A stretch of 55,207 nt of DNA from a virus (taxonomy: Duplodnaviria; Caudoviricetes): positions 1 to 55,207 of IMG/VR virus record IMGVR_UViG_3300006080_000002; one strand, 5' to 3'. This document shows, one piece after another, positions 1 through 9,126 of the stretch. The notes under the pieces are model-generated. The model searched no databases, had not been told where the DNA came from, and saw only the letters and a program-made list of their open reading frames with translations. Each line of letters starts with the position of its first letter. Within the stretch, counting starts at the first letter, position 1. The position numbers and the translations under genes are program-made.

Positions 1-99
1 TATGCCCATGAATGGGTGCCAGCACGCAATCTTAACCTTCTGGCGCGGGCTGTTGCTATTGCAGAAGCTGAAAACTTTAGTGTTATCGCGCTCGGCAAT
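1..99. repeat. Terminal duplication of 55109-55207 (circular assembly overlap)
   Basis: Exact 99-nt identity with the last 99 nt; falls in the middle of a gene. Confidence 0.95.
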
Positions 100-420
100 A
101 ACCTCGAAGAATCGGGGGCTTACCCGGACAACGAACCGGAGTTCATTAACCGCTTTAACAAGATGTTAAATTTTGCTGTCGGTGATGGCAAAAACATCCG
201 AATCGAAATGCCGGTCGGCAACCTTATGAAGCATGAGATTGTCGCAGAAGGGCATAAACTGGGGGCACCGATGCACCTTACCTGGAGCTGCTACCGCAAC
301 GGCGATAAACACTGTGGTCACTGCGGCCCGTGCTTTATGCGCAAAACAGCTTTCGAAATTAACAGAATCAAGGATCCAATTTCCTATGAAAACAATTCAG
401 TTGACACTCAAGAAAGTTAA
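1..420 (+). CDS. queC: 3' part of Gat-QueC fusion (continues from 54170 across the assembly junction)
   Basis: Frame 1 from base 1 reads [10 protein letters not shown]...YPDNEPEF...[18 protein letters not shown] (QueC zinc motif); in frame with the ATG at 54170 through the 99-bp overlap. Confidence 0.95.
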   Translation, partial: YAHEWVPARNLNLLARAVAIAEAENFSVIALGNNLEESGAYPDNEPEFINRFNKMLNFAVGDGKNIRIEMPVGNLMKHEIVAEGHKLGAPMHLTWSCYRNGDKHCGHCGPCFMRKTAFEINRIKDPISYENNSVDTQES

Positions 421-559
421 GGACACCAAAGGGACGTTCGTGTTTGGGGATGATAACCCTGACGCACCGATACCATCAGTGTACATCAAGAAATCAGCAT
501 TCCCTGAAGGCTGCCCGCAAACCCTTAAAGTAACTCTGGAAGCTGGAGAAAACGAATGA
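386..559 (+). CDS. Small hypothetical protein (57 aa) inside the deazaguanine operon
   Basis: ATG at 386 after AAGGA; stop overlaps the queD start (ATGA). Confidence 0.7.
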   Translation: MKTIQLTLKKVKDTKGTFVFGDDNPDAPIPSVYIKKSAFPEGCPQTLKVTLEAGENE

Positions 560-1080
560 CAGTTATTACAGCAACTCGCTACCATGATTTCAGCGCCGGG
601 CACCGTGTTGTCGGCCATGAAAGCAAATGCCGCCATCTGCACGGGCACAACTACCGGGTTCACTTTTTCTGCAAAGCAACGGTACCGGATTTTTCACAGG
701 ACGTCGTTGAAATAACGCATTCCTTTGTTGGCCTGGATAATATTGGCCGCGTTATTGACTTTTCCGTAATCAAGGAACGGTTGTGCATGTGGCTCGAAAA
801 CAACTGGGATCACAAGTTTCTGCATTGGCAAAACGACCCAGTGATCGGACACTTGGAAAATCTTATTACCGATCGCCCGGATAAAGACTCCGGTGAGTGC
901 GAAGAAGAGATTTTCTTTATGCAATCCGTTGTACCATTGTCATTCAACCCAACCGCTGAAAATATGGCAGTTTACCTAGGAACTGTCATTGGCCCTAAAC
1001 AGCTCGAAGGTACTGGTGTGACGCTGTGTAAAGTTATTGTTGAAGAAACTGCTAAATGTTCTGCAAGCTGGGAGCTGTAA
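556..1080 (+). CDS. queD: 6-carboxy-5,6,7,8-tetrahydropterin synthase
   Basis: FSAGH, KCRHLHGHNY, VIDF, PTAENMA and EET motifs. Confidence 0.95.
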   Translation: MTVITATRYHDFSAGHRVVGHESKCRHLHGHNYRVHFFCKATVPDFSQDVVEITHSFVGLDNIGRVIDFSVIKERLCMWLENNWDHKFLHWQNDPVIGHLENLITDRPDKDSGECEEEIFFMQSVVPLSFNPTAENMAVYLGTVIGPKQLEGTGVTLCKVIVEETAKCSASWEL

Positions 1081-1668
1081 ATGAACGAGAAACTGATCGA
1101 ATTAGCGATGACGCAAATTCTGCACAACATTGAACCAAACCCAAACCCGAACGGCTTATTGCGTGAAGGTTTGCGTAAGACACCTCAGCGCGTTGCTAAA
1201 GCCATGACTGAATGGTTTGGCGGTGTTGGCGCGGACATTCCAAAGCTGTTAACCACATTTGAGGACGGAGCTGAAAATGCCGATGAAATGGTTGCTGTCT
1301 GCAACATCCCATTCTACAGCAAATGCGAACACCACCTCGCGGATATTATTGGCGTTGCCACTGTTGCCTATATTCCTAACGGTCGCATTGTTGGTCTGTC
1401 GAAGTTAAACCGCGTTGTGGACGCATTTGCCCGCCGCCCACAGGTGCAGGAGCGTATGACAAACGACATCGCAAACGCACTTATGGAACACCTGCGGCCT
1501 CTTGGCGTTGGCGTGCGTATTGCGGCCCGGCATATGTGCATGGAAAGCCGTGGTGTTAAGCAGCGCGGCCAGTTCACTATTACAACGGCAATCCGTGGGG
1601 CTATGAAAGACGAACCGGAAACCCGTGCCGAGTTCATGGCGTTGCCATTGGATACCGTAAACCTTTAA
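1081..1668 (+). CDS. folE: GTP cyclohydrolase I
   Basis: REGLRKTPQRVAKA, SKCEHHL, GLSKLNR, RPQVQER, HMCMESRG. Confidence 0.97.
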   Translation: MNEKLIELAMTQILHNIEPNPNPNGLLREGLRKTPQRVAKAMTEWFGGVGADIPKLLTTFEDGAENADEMVAVCNIPFYSKCEHHLADIIGVATVAYIPNGRIVGLSKLNRVVDAFARRPQVQERMTNDIANALMEHLRPLGVGVRIAARHMCMESRGVKQRGQFTITTAIRGAMKDEPETRAEFMALPLDTVNL

Positions 1669-1674
1669 TCCTGC

Positions 1675-1697
1675 CGGGGGCATTGCGCCCCCGTTTG
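1675..1697 (+). terminator. GC-rich hairpin between folE and dpdA (weak terminator or processing site)
   Basis: CGGGGGC-ATTGC-GCCCCCG followed by TTTG. Confidence 0.4.
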
Positions 1698-1708
1698 TGT
1701 GAGGACTT

Positions 1709-2626
1709 ATGCAGATTTATATTGCGGCTTTGCATACTAACGGATACAAGCATACCCAGCGTTACCAAAACCTCAACGAATTCGAACGCTCAATTGTACA
1801 CCGAGTTCCAAATATTCTCGAATCGTACCACTATATCCACAAGCAGAGTTTTGTCGACGCCATCCGTGAAAGTGGGGATAAAATATTCCTTGACTCCGGG
1901 GCGTTCTCGTCGTACACGCTCGGCAAAGAAATTGATCTTACCCAGTATTGCGACTACATTAAACGCAATATGGATATTATTCGATTTGAAGATGGGGTTA
2001 TGATGGCGTCTGTTTTGGACGGTATCGGCGACGTGGAATTAACCTACAAGAACCAATTGGCAATGGAAGCTCAGGGCGTTCGACCGTTGCCGTGTTTCCA
2101 CGCAGGTGAGGACGAGCGTTACCTGGATTGGTATGTGGCCAACTACGATTATATCACCCTTGGTGGTATGGTGGGGGCGTCAACCGAACAGCTTATGCGC
2201 TGGCTCGATCGTATGTGGGACAGGCATTTGACTGATGGTGCCGGGCGGCCAAAGATTAAGGTTCACGGCTTCGGTATTACATCCATTCCCTTGATGGTTC
2301 GTTATCCTTGGTATAGCTGTGACTCCTCGTCCTGGATCCAGGCCACTTCGTTCGGCTCTGTTGTAACTCCGGACTATGGCCCAATTGACGTATCGTGCAA
2401 ATCCCCGAACCGGCACGTTGCTGGGCAACACGCAACAACAATGAGCGAAGCCGAAAATATAAAGATTCGCCAGATGTTTGCCAGCCAAGGCTTTGACCTT
2501 GACCGGCTTGCTGAAGTTTACGAATCTCGGGCTGCGTACAACCTGTTCGGATACATGGAAATGAATAACTATGTTAATTCCAAAAATCCGGGTTTCTTTA
2601 AAGCTATCGATCAGGAGTTGTTTTAA
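1709..2626 (+). CDS. dpdA: TGT-fold DNA-guanine transglycosylase (DpdA-like)
   Basis: FLDSGAFS, LGGMV, VHGFG and SCDSSSW match the TGT catalytic-Asp motifs; lies in the preQ0/G+ biosynthesis cluster. Confidence 0.85.
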   Translation: MQIYIAALHTNGYKHTQRYQNLNEFERSIVHRVPNILESYHYIHKQSFVDAIRESGDKIFLDSGAFSSYTLGKEIDLTQYCDYIKRNMDIIRFEDGVMMASVLDGIGDVELTYKNQLAMEAQGVRPLPCFHAGEDERYLDWYVANYDYITLGGMVGASTEQLMRWLDRMWDRHLTDGAGRPKIKVHGFGITSIPLMVRYPWYSCDSSSWIQATSFGSVVTPDYGPIDVSCKSPNRHVAGQHATTMSEAENIKIRQMFASQGFDLDRLAEVYESRAAYNLFGYMEMNNYVNSKNPGFFKAIDQELF

Positions 2627-3588
2627 TGCTTGACGAACTGAAATTCGTGCAAGGGGCTGTTGCCAAGAAAGAATTCATCCCGGAGCTCACGCACTTTTGT
2701 ATTGAGAACAATACTGTCCGCAGCTTCAACGGTACGCTGGCCCTCTGTAGCCCGATTGACCTTGACATTTCGTGCAAACCAAAAGCGGCCCCGTTTGTTA
2801 AGGCTATCCAGAACTGCAAAGAAACTGTTTCGCTCTCAATGACCCCTGCCGGGCGGTTAAGTATTAAGTCCGGCGGCTTTAAGGCGTTTATCGAATGCGT
2901 AACTGAGGAAACCCCGCACGTTGTCCCTGAAGGTGAGATTCTTGACCTTAACGGGGACGCCTTTATCGAAGCCGTGGCAGCCCTGGAAACCTTTATTGGC
3001 GACGATGCTTCCCGTCCTTGGTCTACAGGCATACTGTTTGAAGGTAACAGTGCCTTTGCGACAAACAACGTCATTGCCGCCGAGTATTGGACGGGGCTGG
3101 GTATTGCCGGGCGGTATAACGTGCCTCGCTCTGCTGTCAAAGAGCTTCTACGCATCAAGCAAGCTCCAACACACATGCAAGTATCTGACAAGTCTATGAC
3201 CTTCCACTTTGAGGACGGACGCTGGATTCGAACTGCGTTGTTCTCGTTCGATGGTTGGCCGGATCTTCGCGGGTTGTTCGACTCCAACAGTGGGCAGAAG
3301 GCAACACCAATCCCGGAAGGTTTTTTCGATGCACTTACGGCAATTAAGCCGTTCCTGGATTCATTTAACCGTGTGTATTTCATTGATGGTTCTTTGTGTA
3401 CCAGCATTGTGGAAGGCGACGGTGCGTCTTACGAGGTCGAAGGGTTGGTGAGTGAAGGTGTGTTTAACCACACCATGCTCGAGCGAATCCGCCCAGTTGT
3501 TAAGTCCATTGATTTTAACGCCGAGGGCCGGGCTTGTATGTTTTATGGGGATAAGTTGCGCGGCGCGATTACAAGGGTGCGGAGTTAA
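2626..3588 (+). CDS. DNA polymerase sliding clamp (beta-subunit-like)
   Basis: 320 aa; DDASRPWSTGILF and ATNN resemble beta-clamp domain 2; translationally coupled to PolB. Confidence 0.75.
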   Translation: MLDELKFVQGAVAKKEFIPELTHFCIENNTVRSFNGTLALCSPIDLDISCKPKAAPFVKAIQNCKETVSLSMTPAGRLSIKSGGFKAFIECVTEETPHVVPEGEILDLNGDAFIEAVAALETFIGDDASRPWSTGILFEGNSAFATNNVIAAEYWTGLGIAGRYNVPRSAVKELLRIKQAPTHMQVSDKSMTFHFEDGRWIRTALFSFDGWPDLRGLFDSNSGQKATPIPEGFFDALTAIKPFLDSFNRVYFIDGSLCTSIVEGDGASYEVEGLVSEGVFNHTMLERIRPVVKSIDFNAEGRACMFYGDKLRGAITRVRS

Positions 3589-5723
3589 TGCGGAACGATA
3601 GTGATGGGCTGTTTTGGACAGACACAAACGACAAAATTGAAACAAGAAAAACCAAGCTTCTCGACAAAGGTTACGTTGAAGTTATGCCGGGCTTTTGGGC
3701 AGAGGCTTACCGGGTAGCCAAAGGCGACTACCGGCAGCACGTTTTGACGTTCGACAAGGCTTATGACCTTGTTAAGAACCAAGCCGAAAAGCGGACGCCG
3801 CCGGAGCCAGTGTGGTTAGAACCAACATACCTTCCAGGGCTGCAAGAGGCTCTGGAATTTAACGTTGACTTATTTACAGACGACGAGCTGGTTGAAGCAA
3901 GCTTCGACTGGATGTATGGTAAGAAGCACGAGCTGTCATTCGATATTGAGTGTTATGCCAACTATTTTCTGGTTGCATTTAAGTCGGTTACACTGGGTAA
4001 GGTTGTCTACTTTGAAATGGGGCAAGGACAATCATTAAACCTGCCGAAGCTGCGTTGGGTGCTTGACAACTTCCTTATCATTGGGTTCAACAGCAACGGG
4101 TACGACGTGCCAATGCTGCGCATTGCCTTTGCCGGGGCCAACACTGTGCAACTGAAAGTTGCAACAGCGTCCATAATCGAAGAGAGCATCAGACCCGGTG
4201 ATGTCGTGCGCCAATTTAAGGGCGTGAAGTTAGAGCTTGACCATGTTGACCTAATGGAAGTTGCCCCTCTGCGGGCAAGCCTGAAGATTTATGGCGGGCG
4301 GCTTAATTCTCGAAAGATGCAGGATTTGCCGTTTGCGCCAAACACAATCTTAAGCCCTGAGCAGATTGCTATTGTGCGCCTGTACTGTATCAACGACTTA
4401 GATACAACAATTGATCTCCGCAACGAGTTACGCAAGGAACTGGACTTGCGGGTAACCATGAGTAACGAATATGGGCTGGACTTGCGCTCCAAATCTGATG
4501 CACAAATTGCCGAAGCCGTTATTCGCAGTGAAATTGAAGCAATTAACCACACAAGACTTCATAGCCAGCACATTGAAGAAGGTACACGCTTCCGTTACCG
4601 GCCACCTGAGTATTTTAAGTATTTCCAGTCGCCTGAAATGCAAGGTGTTGTTGCGAGCATTACTAACCATGAATTCACTGTAGGCGAAAAAGGTAAGATT
4701 GGACTGCCTGAATTCATTAAGGCTATGCGAATAAACATTGGCAACAGCACGTATAAGATGGGTATCGGTGGTCTGCATAGTAGTGAAAAGAAAGCGGCCC
4801 ACTACAGCAGTGCAACTCACTTTTTAGTTGACCGCGATGTTACATCCTATTACCCGTTTATTATCTTAACCCTTGGCCTGTACCCGGAAAACCTTGGCCC
4901 GGTGTTCCTCACTATTTATCGCAGCATTGTTGAGCGCCGTATTGGGGCGAAAGTTGCTAAAATTAAATCTGTCGCGGAGACCCTGAAGATTGTTATTAAC
5001 GGTTCCTTCGGTAAGCTTGGGCAAGCCGGTTCAGTGTTGTACTCACCAAGCCTTTTAATCCAGGTAACAATCACCGGGCAGTTAGCCCTGCTGCTGCTTA
5101 TCGAGCAGCTTGAGCTTGCTGGGATACCTGTGGTCAGTGCTAATACCGACGGTGTTGTAATTAAGTGCCCGCGCGATAAAGAACACATTATGGATCAGAT
5201 TGTTGCTTGGTGGGAACAGGTCACACAATTTGAAACCGAGGCAACCTATTACAAGGCATTGTTCAGCCGCGACGTAAACAACTATTTGGCGGTGGTTGAA
5301 CCTAGCACATTGTCCGAAGGTGACGACCGGGTTAAAACCAAAGGCATTTTCAGCGACCCCGGCTTGAAGAAAAACCCGCAGAACTTTATTTGTGTTGAGG
5401 CTGTGATAAACCTTATTTGTGATAACATACCAATTGAGAAAACAATTCGTGAGTGCCGTGATATTAGCAAGTTCTTAAACGTGCGAACTGTTAAAGGCGG
5501 TGCGGTACGTGATGGCGTGTTCCTGGGTAAGGCGATTCGCTGGTACTACGCTGAAAACTATGGCGGTGAGATTGTGTATGCACTGACCGGGAATAAAGTG
5601 CCGAAGTCCGAAGGCGCCAAGCCAATTATGGAACTCAGCCCGGAGTTTCCAAACGATATTGATTATGCTTGGTATATTCGGGAAGCTGAAAAGCTTATGG
5701 TGAAGATTGGGGCTTACGGTTAA
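3588..5723 (+). CDS. Family B DNA polymerase
   Basis: Exonuclease motifs FDIE, GFNSNGYD, YCINDL; polymerase motifs DVTSYYP, KIVINGSFGK, SANTDG. Confidence 0.92.
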   Translation: MRNDSDGLFWTDTNDKIETRKTKLLDKGYVEVMPGFWAEAYRVAKGDYRQHVLTFDKAYDLVKNQAEKRTPPEPVWLEPTYLPGLQEALEFNVDLFTDDELVEASFDWMYGKKHELSFDIECYANYFLVAFKSVTLGKVVYFEMGQGQSLNLPKLRWVLDNFLIIGFNSNGYDVPMLRIAFAGANTVQLKVATASIIEESIRPGDVVRQFKGVKLELDHVDLMEVAPLRASLKIYGGRLNSRKMQDLPFAPNTILSPEQIAIVRLYCINDLDTTIDLRNELRKELDLRVTMSNEYGLDLRSKSDAQIAEAVIRSEIEAINHTRLHSQHIEEGTRFRYRPPEYFKYFQSPEMQGVVASITNHEFTVGEKGKIGLPEFIKAMRINIGNSTYKMGIGGLHSSEKKAAHYSSATHFLVDRDVTSYYPFIILTLGLYPENLGPVFLTIYRSIVERRIGAKVAKIKSVAETLKIVINGSFGKLGQAGSVLYSPSLLIQVTITGQLALLLLIEQLELAGIPVVSANTDGVVIKCPRDKEHIMDQIVAWWEQVTQFETEATYYKALFSRDVNNYLAVVEPSTLSEGDDRVKTKGIFSDPGLKKNPQNFICVEAVINLICDNIPIEKTIRECRDISKFLNVRTVKGGAVRDGVFLGKAIRWYYAENYGGEIVYALTGNKVPKSEGAKPIMELSPEFPNDIDYAWYIREAEKLMVKIGAYG

Positions 5724-5785
5724 GCCCCTGTAACGCCCGGCACGCGGTGCAGCCGGTTAGGCGCGGTAAAGCTATTGCCGGGCAT

Positions 5786-5806
5786 AAAAAAGCCCCAGTA
5801 CGGGGC
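5786..5806 (-). terminator. Intrinsic terminator ending the late (tail) transcript
   Basis: On the - strand GCCCC-GTACT-GGGGC-TTTTTT, in the convergent intergenic gap. Confidence 0.65.
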
Positions 5807-5827
5807 AAAGAATTGGTATGCGCAGGC

Positions 5828-6886
5828 TTACGGCTGCCGCAACCCGCGTATTTTTACAAAACTCACTTGGTTGACAGTAGTTGCGGGGTCTTTATGCGAA
5901 AATATCTGCGCTGTGCTCCCTGCCGTGTTTACCGTCATAAAGTACCCACCGGGCTGATTGGTTTCTACCAACGCCCTGCGCCCCGGCTTATGCTGGTTAG
6001 TAAACTCGATGCCTTCGAAAGTTAAAACCGCGTCAGGGTCGGTGGCAGGATTGCTCGGTTTACAAGTGACTTCTAATTTTTGAATTACACCTGCGGCAAA
6101 TTGCTGTATGCTGAACTCGTTTGCCCAGTAAAAATTCGCTACTAAACCGCTGACGTATGTTGTCCACTGGCTAACAGTATCCAACGGGCGATTCTCAAAT
6201 GGCTTCGTCAATGCCTGTGCAAAGGTTGGCAACCCCAGATCCGGAATGGCTGGGTATCCCGCAGGAGGAACCGCATCGAATTTTAAATTGAACGCGGTGT
6301 TGTTATTTCCTTTCACATGAACAGCAACAGACTTCATATCCAAGCATTGGTCATTAAGCGGGTATTGTGAACCACCTTGGTCAATATACAGAACCCCATT
6401 AACTCGGCGAAGCAACAACGCCGGGTCGGTAACGTAGAGGTTTATCGGCCAATTAGGGGCACCGTTTTTCCGGGACATAACTGGTACAACGCGCCATTTA
6501 CTGTTCTGCCAAATAATTCGGAAAGCACCAAAACCTGCATCCGTTTGGCTGGATGGGTTAACGATGCGGTTTTGGCTGAACGCAACTGTAAAGTCAACAA
6601 CAGTTGAATAAGTAATGTCCCAAGTAATTAACGTGCTGAAATCGCCGTCCAGGGAGCCGTCCAGCTCGTAGCGGGCACCAGTTGCCCCGCTACTTTGCGC
6701 AGCTATGTTGATTTCAAGCGGTGTTGGCTGCTCTACTTGCAGGGTTGCTGAAGTATCTGCTATCTCGTTTGTAAACGTTTTAGCAATCTTAAACAACCCA
6801 AGATCGGCTGAAGGAGCACCGCCGCCGGAGTTAAGTTTTGTCCGTACAGCAGAGCTCAGCGCAGTCTCTTCAATAAGGTTAGCCAT
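5828..6886 (-). CDS. Putative receptor-binding/tail fibre protein
   Basis: Last gene of the tail module; short helical N-terminus, GGG linker, beta-rich body. Confidence 0.55.
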   Translation of the reverse strand: MANLIEETALSSAVRTKLNSGGGAPSADLGLFKIAKTFTNEIADTSATLQVEQPTPLEINIAAQSSGATGARYELDGSLDGDFSTLITWDITYSTVVDFTVAFSQNRIVNPSSQTDAGFGAFRIIWQNSKWRVVPVMSRKNGAPNWPINLYVTDPALLLRRVNGVLYIDQGGSQYPLNDQCLDMKSVAVHVKGNNNTAFNLKFDAVPPAGYPAIPDLGLPTFAQALTKPFENRPLDTVSQWTTYVSGLVANFYWANEFSIQQFAAGVIQKLEVTCKPSNPATDPDAVLTFEGIEFTNQHKPGRRALVETNQPGGYFMTVNTAGSTAQIFSHKDPATTVNQVSFVKIRGLRQP

Positions 6887-7313
6887 TTGGTTCCTCCGGC
6901 CACTGGATGCTCAGCGGATACCCTGCCTGTGTGGTAATATCTGCAAGCGCGTGAAAATAAGTGTCAAGGCTTTCCGTTGTTTCAGTTGGTGTTAAACCGA
7001 GGCGGATTTCACGCTGGTTGCGTGTGATGCGCCACTCGTGCTTCCGGAATAAGCTGTCCCGTGTATTATGGGCAAGCTCGTCAGCCTTGGCTTCCTCAGC
7101 TGCGGCAATCTGCGCCGTTAAATCGGCTGGCACGGAAGCTACACCGTGCTCGTCGATAACCACAGTGCCAACACCAATCACTGCCGCAATTTCATCTTTA
7201 CGGGCAGCGTCCGTAAACACCGCGTTTTCAGGCAAGGTTTCAGGAATTGGGAATTCCTGATAACCCTGAATCACTTTAGTGTCTTTATCGAACCATACAA
7301 GAACGTTTTGCAT
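6879..7313 (-). CDS. Tail fibre assembly chaperone
   Basis: C-terminal RDSL...YFHALADITTQAGYP..IQWPEEP is typical of fibre assembly proteins. Confidence 0.8.
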   Translation of the reverse strand: MQNVLVWFDKDTKVIQGYQEFPIPETLPENAVFTDAARKDEIAAVIGVGTVVIDEHGVASVPADLTAQIAAAEEAKADELAHNTRDSLFRKHEWRITRNQREIRLGLTPTETTESLDTYFHALADITTQAGYPLSIQWPEEPNG

Positions 7314-7314
7314 T

Positions 7315-9126
7315 TTATCCTACCTTATAGATTGTTGCGATTTGTGTAGCACTTGGTGTTGAACCGGCGTACCCCCAAGCTTGGCCGTTGTAAATGCGAA
7401 CGCCTACTTTCGAGACGGGTTCGTAAGTCGAACCACCATATGGGTTATCCGGGTTGCACCAACAACTAAGAAAAACAAAATTGTTGCTTCCGCTGGAAAG
7501 GGCAACGCGAAACACGTAGAAGCCCGATGTGGCGCCAACAGGGAATGGGGCACTTACCGCCAAACCGCCCCAAACCTGTGTTAGCTTCTCCGGGTCGAAA
7601 GCGGCAGCACCCGCACCACGAGCATCCGAAATCTTTGTCCAAGGCCCGAAGCTGTTAACCCAAGTGCGAGCCCAGCGCTCGCCTGTTGGTGGCGCGAGTT
7701 CCATTGGGTAGGTTAATACCTCCGCAATTTGCACAAGAGAAGTATCTGCCGACTCCGGTGCTAAATACCATTCTGACGTGTAACGAACAGGTTTTCCGTC
7801 AAGATCCGTGCCCGGAGCGGAGATGGCGTCAACTACCCCTTTCACATCGGTGTTTATTTGCGAGGTGATATCGCTGATCGAGCTGACCGAGTCGTATTTT
7901 TCGACACGTTTGTAAATACTTGCCGGGTTAACATCACGGAACCATTGGACGGCCAGAACGTCGCCGTCGTTGGCACCGGGCATATCAACTGACGTAATTT
8001 TCCCATTACCGTCGAGAAGTGTTGTGTATTCGGTTTGCACAACCCAATTGAGGTAGACTGTTACAATGTCTGCCGGGTCGTCTAAGCGAACACCCGTGGA
8101 ACCGCCGACAAGCGTTATGGTTTTCCAACCGCTTTCCGTAATGCCCTGCGGGCTAAGATCGAACGAAACCCAACCGCCATTCTTGCTTGCGTACAGCTTG
8201 TTATCCGAAGGGGCGTGCGTGAATGGGACAATCTCTTGTAAAGCACCGTTCAGAATGCCATAAAGCTTGTTATCACCTAAAGAGGGTGGAAACGGTGCAA
8301 ATTCTGTCCATTGGCCGTCTCTACTCGCGTAGAACTTACCGTCAGCGCTTGCATGACTAAATGGCGTGAATTCAACTAAAACACCGTCTCGGATCACATA
8401 AAGCTTCCCGTCCCCTTTGGACGGCGGGAACGGTTCAAATTCAGCCCACTGGCCATTCTTGCTGGCGTAAAACTTATCGGTGGTTCCTTGAGCATGGGCG
8501 AACGGCGTGAATAATTCCAGACCGCCGTTCTTAACCACGTAAAGCTTATTGTCTGAAGGGGAATCTGGGAATGGTTTAAATTCAGTCCATTGGCCATCTT
8601 TGCTTGCGTAGAACTTACCATCGGACGCCGCGTGTGTGAATGGGTTAAATTCCAGCAGTTTACCATTCTTGATAATGTACAGCTTATCATCGTTTGGCAT
8701 GTTACCCAAGCCACCACTGTCTTCCCATTCACCCCAAGTGCCTTGAGAGTGAATGCGGTGGCGCTTTAATGGCGCATCCAACAACGAAACTTCAATTCGA
8801 ACAAACCCGTTTGCATTACGAACGTCACAATGCACTTTTTCATCCAAGGCACCAAACGGGTTAACATCAAAGTCCGTGCAATTTGCGATGTAATAACCGC
8901 TTGGGGTTGTGGTAAGGTTTGGGTTCGCTAAGGTGACATCCGCATCCGTTTTACCAGCACCAAATGCACCAACTTCCATAACGTTCCCGGCCTGTACGCC
9001 AACATACCGGGAAGCCGCGTGCGAAGGTGTGGTGAAGTTATCGTTAATAGTTTTTGCAGCACTGCGCAGCGGATCGCCTGTGTTATCGTCTGGCTGTGCC
9101 CCACGGTTAATTTGTTGAATTGCCAT
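7315..9126 (-). CDS. Tail fibre with T4 gp9/gp10-like N-terminus and tandem repeats
   Basis: N-terminal QINRGAQPDDNTGDPLR..KTINDNF; VGVQAGNVMEVGAFG fibre motif; 8 repeats of about 23 aa. Confidence 0.85.
   Translation of the reverse strand: MAIQQINRGAQPDDNTGDPLRSAAKTINDNFTTPSHAASRYVGVQAGNVMEVGAFGAGKTDADVTLANPNLTTTPSGYYIANCTDFDVNPFGALDEKVHCDVRNANGFVRIEVSLLDAPLKRHRIHSQGTWGEWEDSGGLGNMPNDDKLYIIKNGKLLEFNPFTHAASDGKFYASKDGQWTEFKPFPDSPSDNKLYVVKNGGLELFTPFAHAQGTTDKFYASKNGQWAEFEPFPPSKGDGKLYVIRDGVLVEFTPFSHASADGKFYASRDGQWTEFAPFPPSLGDNKLYGILNGALQEIVPFTHAPSDNKLYASKNGGWVSFDLSPQGITESGWKTITLVGGSTGVRLDDPADIVTVYLNWVVQTEYTTLLDGNGKITSVDMPGANDGDVLAVQWFRDVNPASIYKRVEKYDSVSSISDITSQINTDVKGVVDAISAPGTDLDGKPVRYTSEWYLAPESADTSLVQIAEVLTYPMELAPPTGERWARTWVNSFGPWTKISDARGAGAAAFDPEKLTQVWGGLAVSAPFPVGATSGFYVFRVALSSGSNNFVFLSCWCNPDNPYGGSTYEPVSKVGVRIYNGQAWGYAGSTPSATQIATIYKVG

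Noticed and set aside
16-420. Stand-alone truncated queC or pseudogene
   Set aside because: It is the in-frame 3' end of the gene starting at 54170
1709-2626. Host-type tRNA-guanine transglycosylase (tgt)
   Set aside because: It lacks the C-terminal CxCxxC zinc site of tRNA TGTs, no tRNA genes were seen, and it is coupled to DNA replication genes
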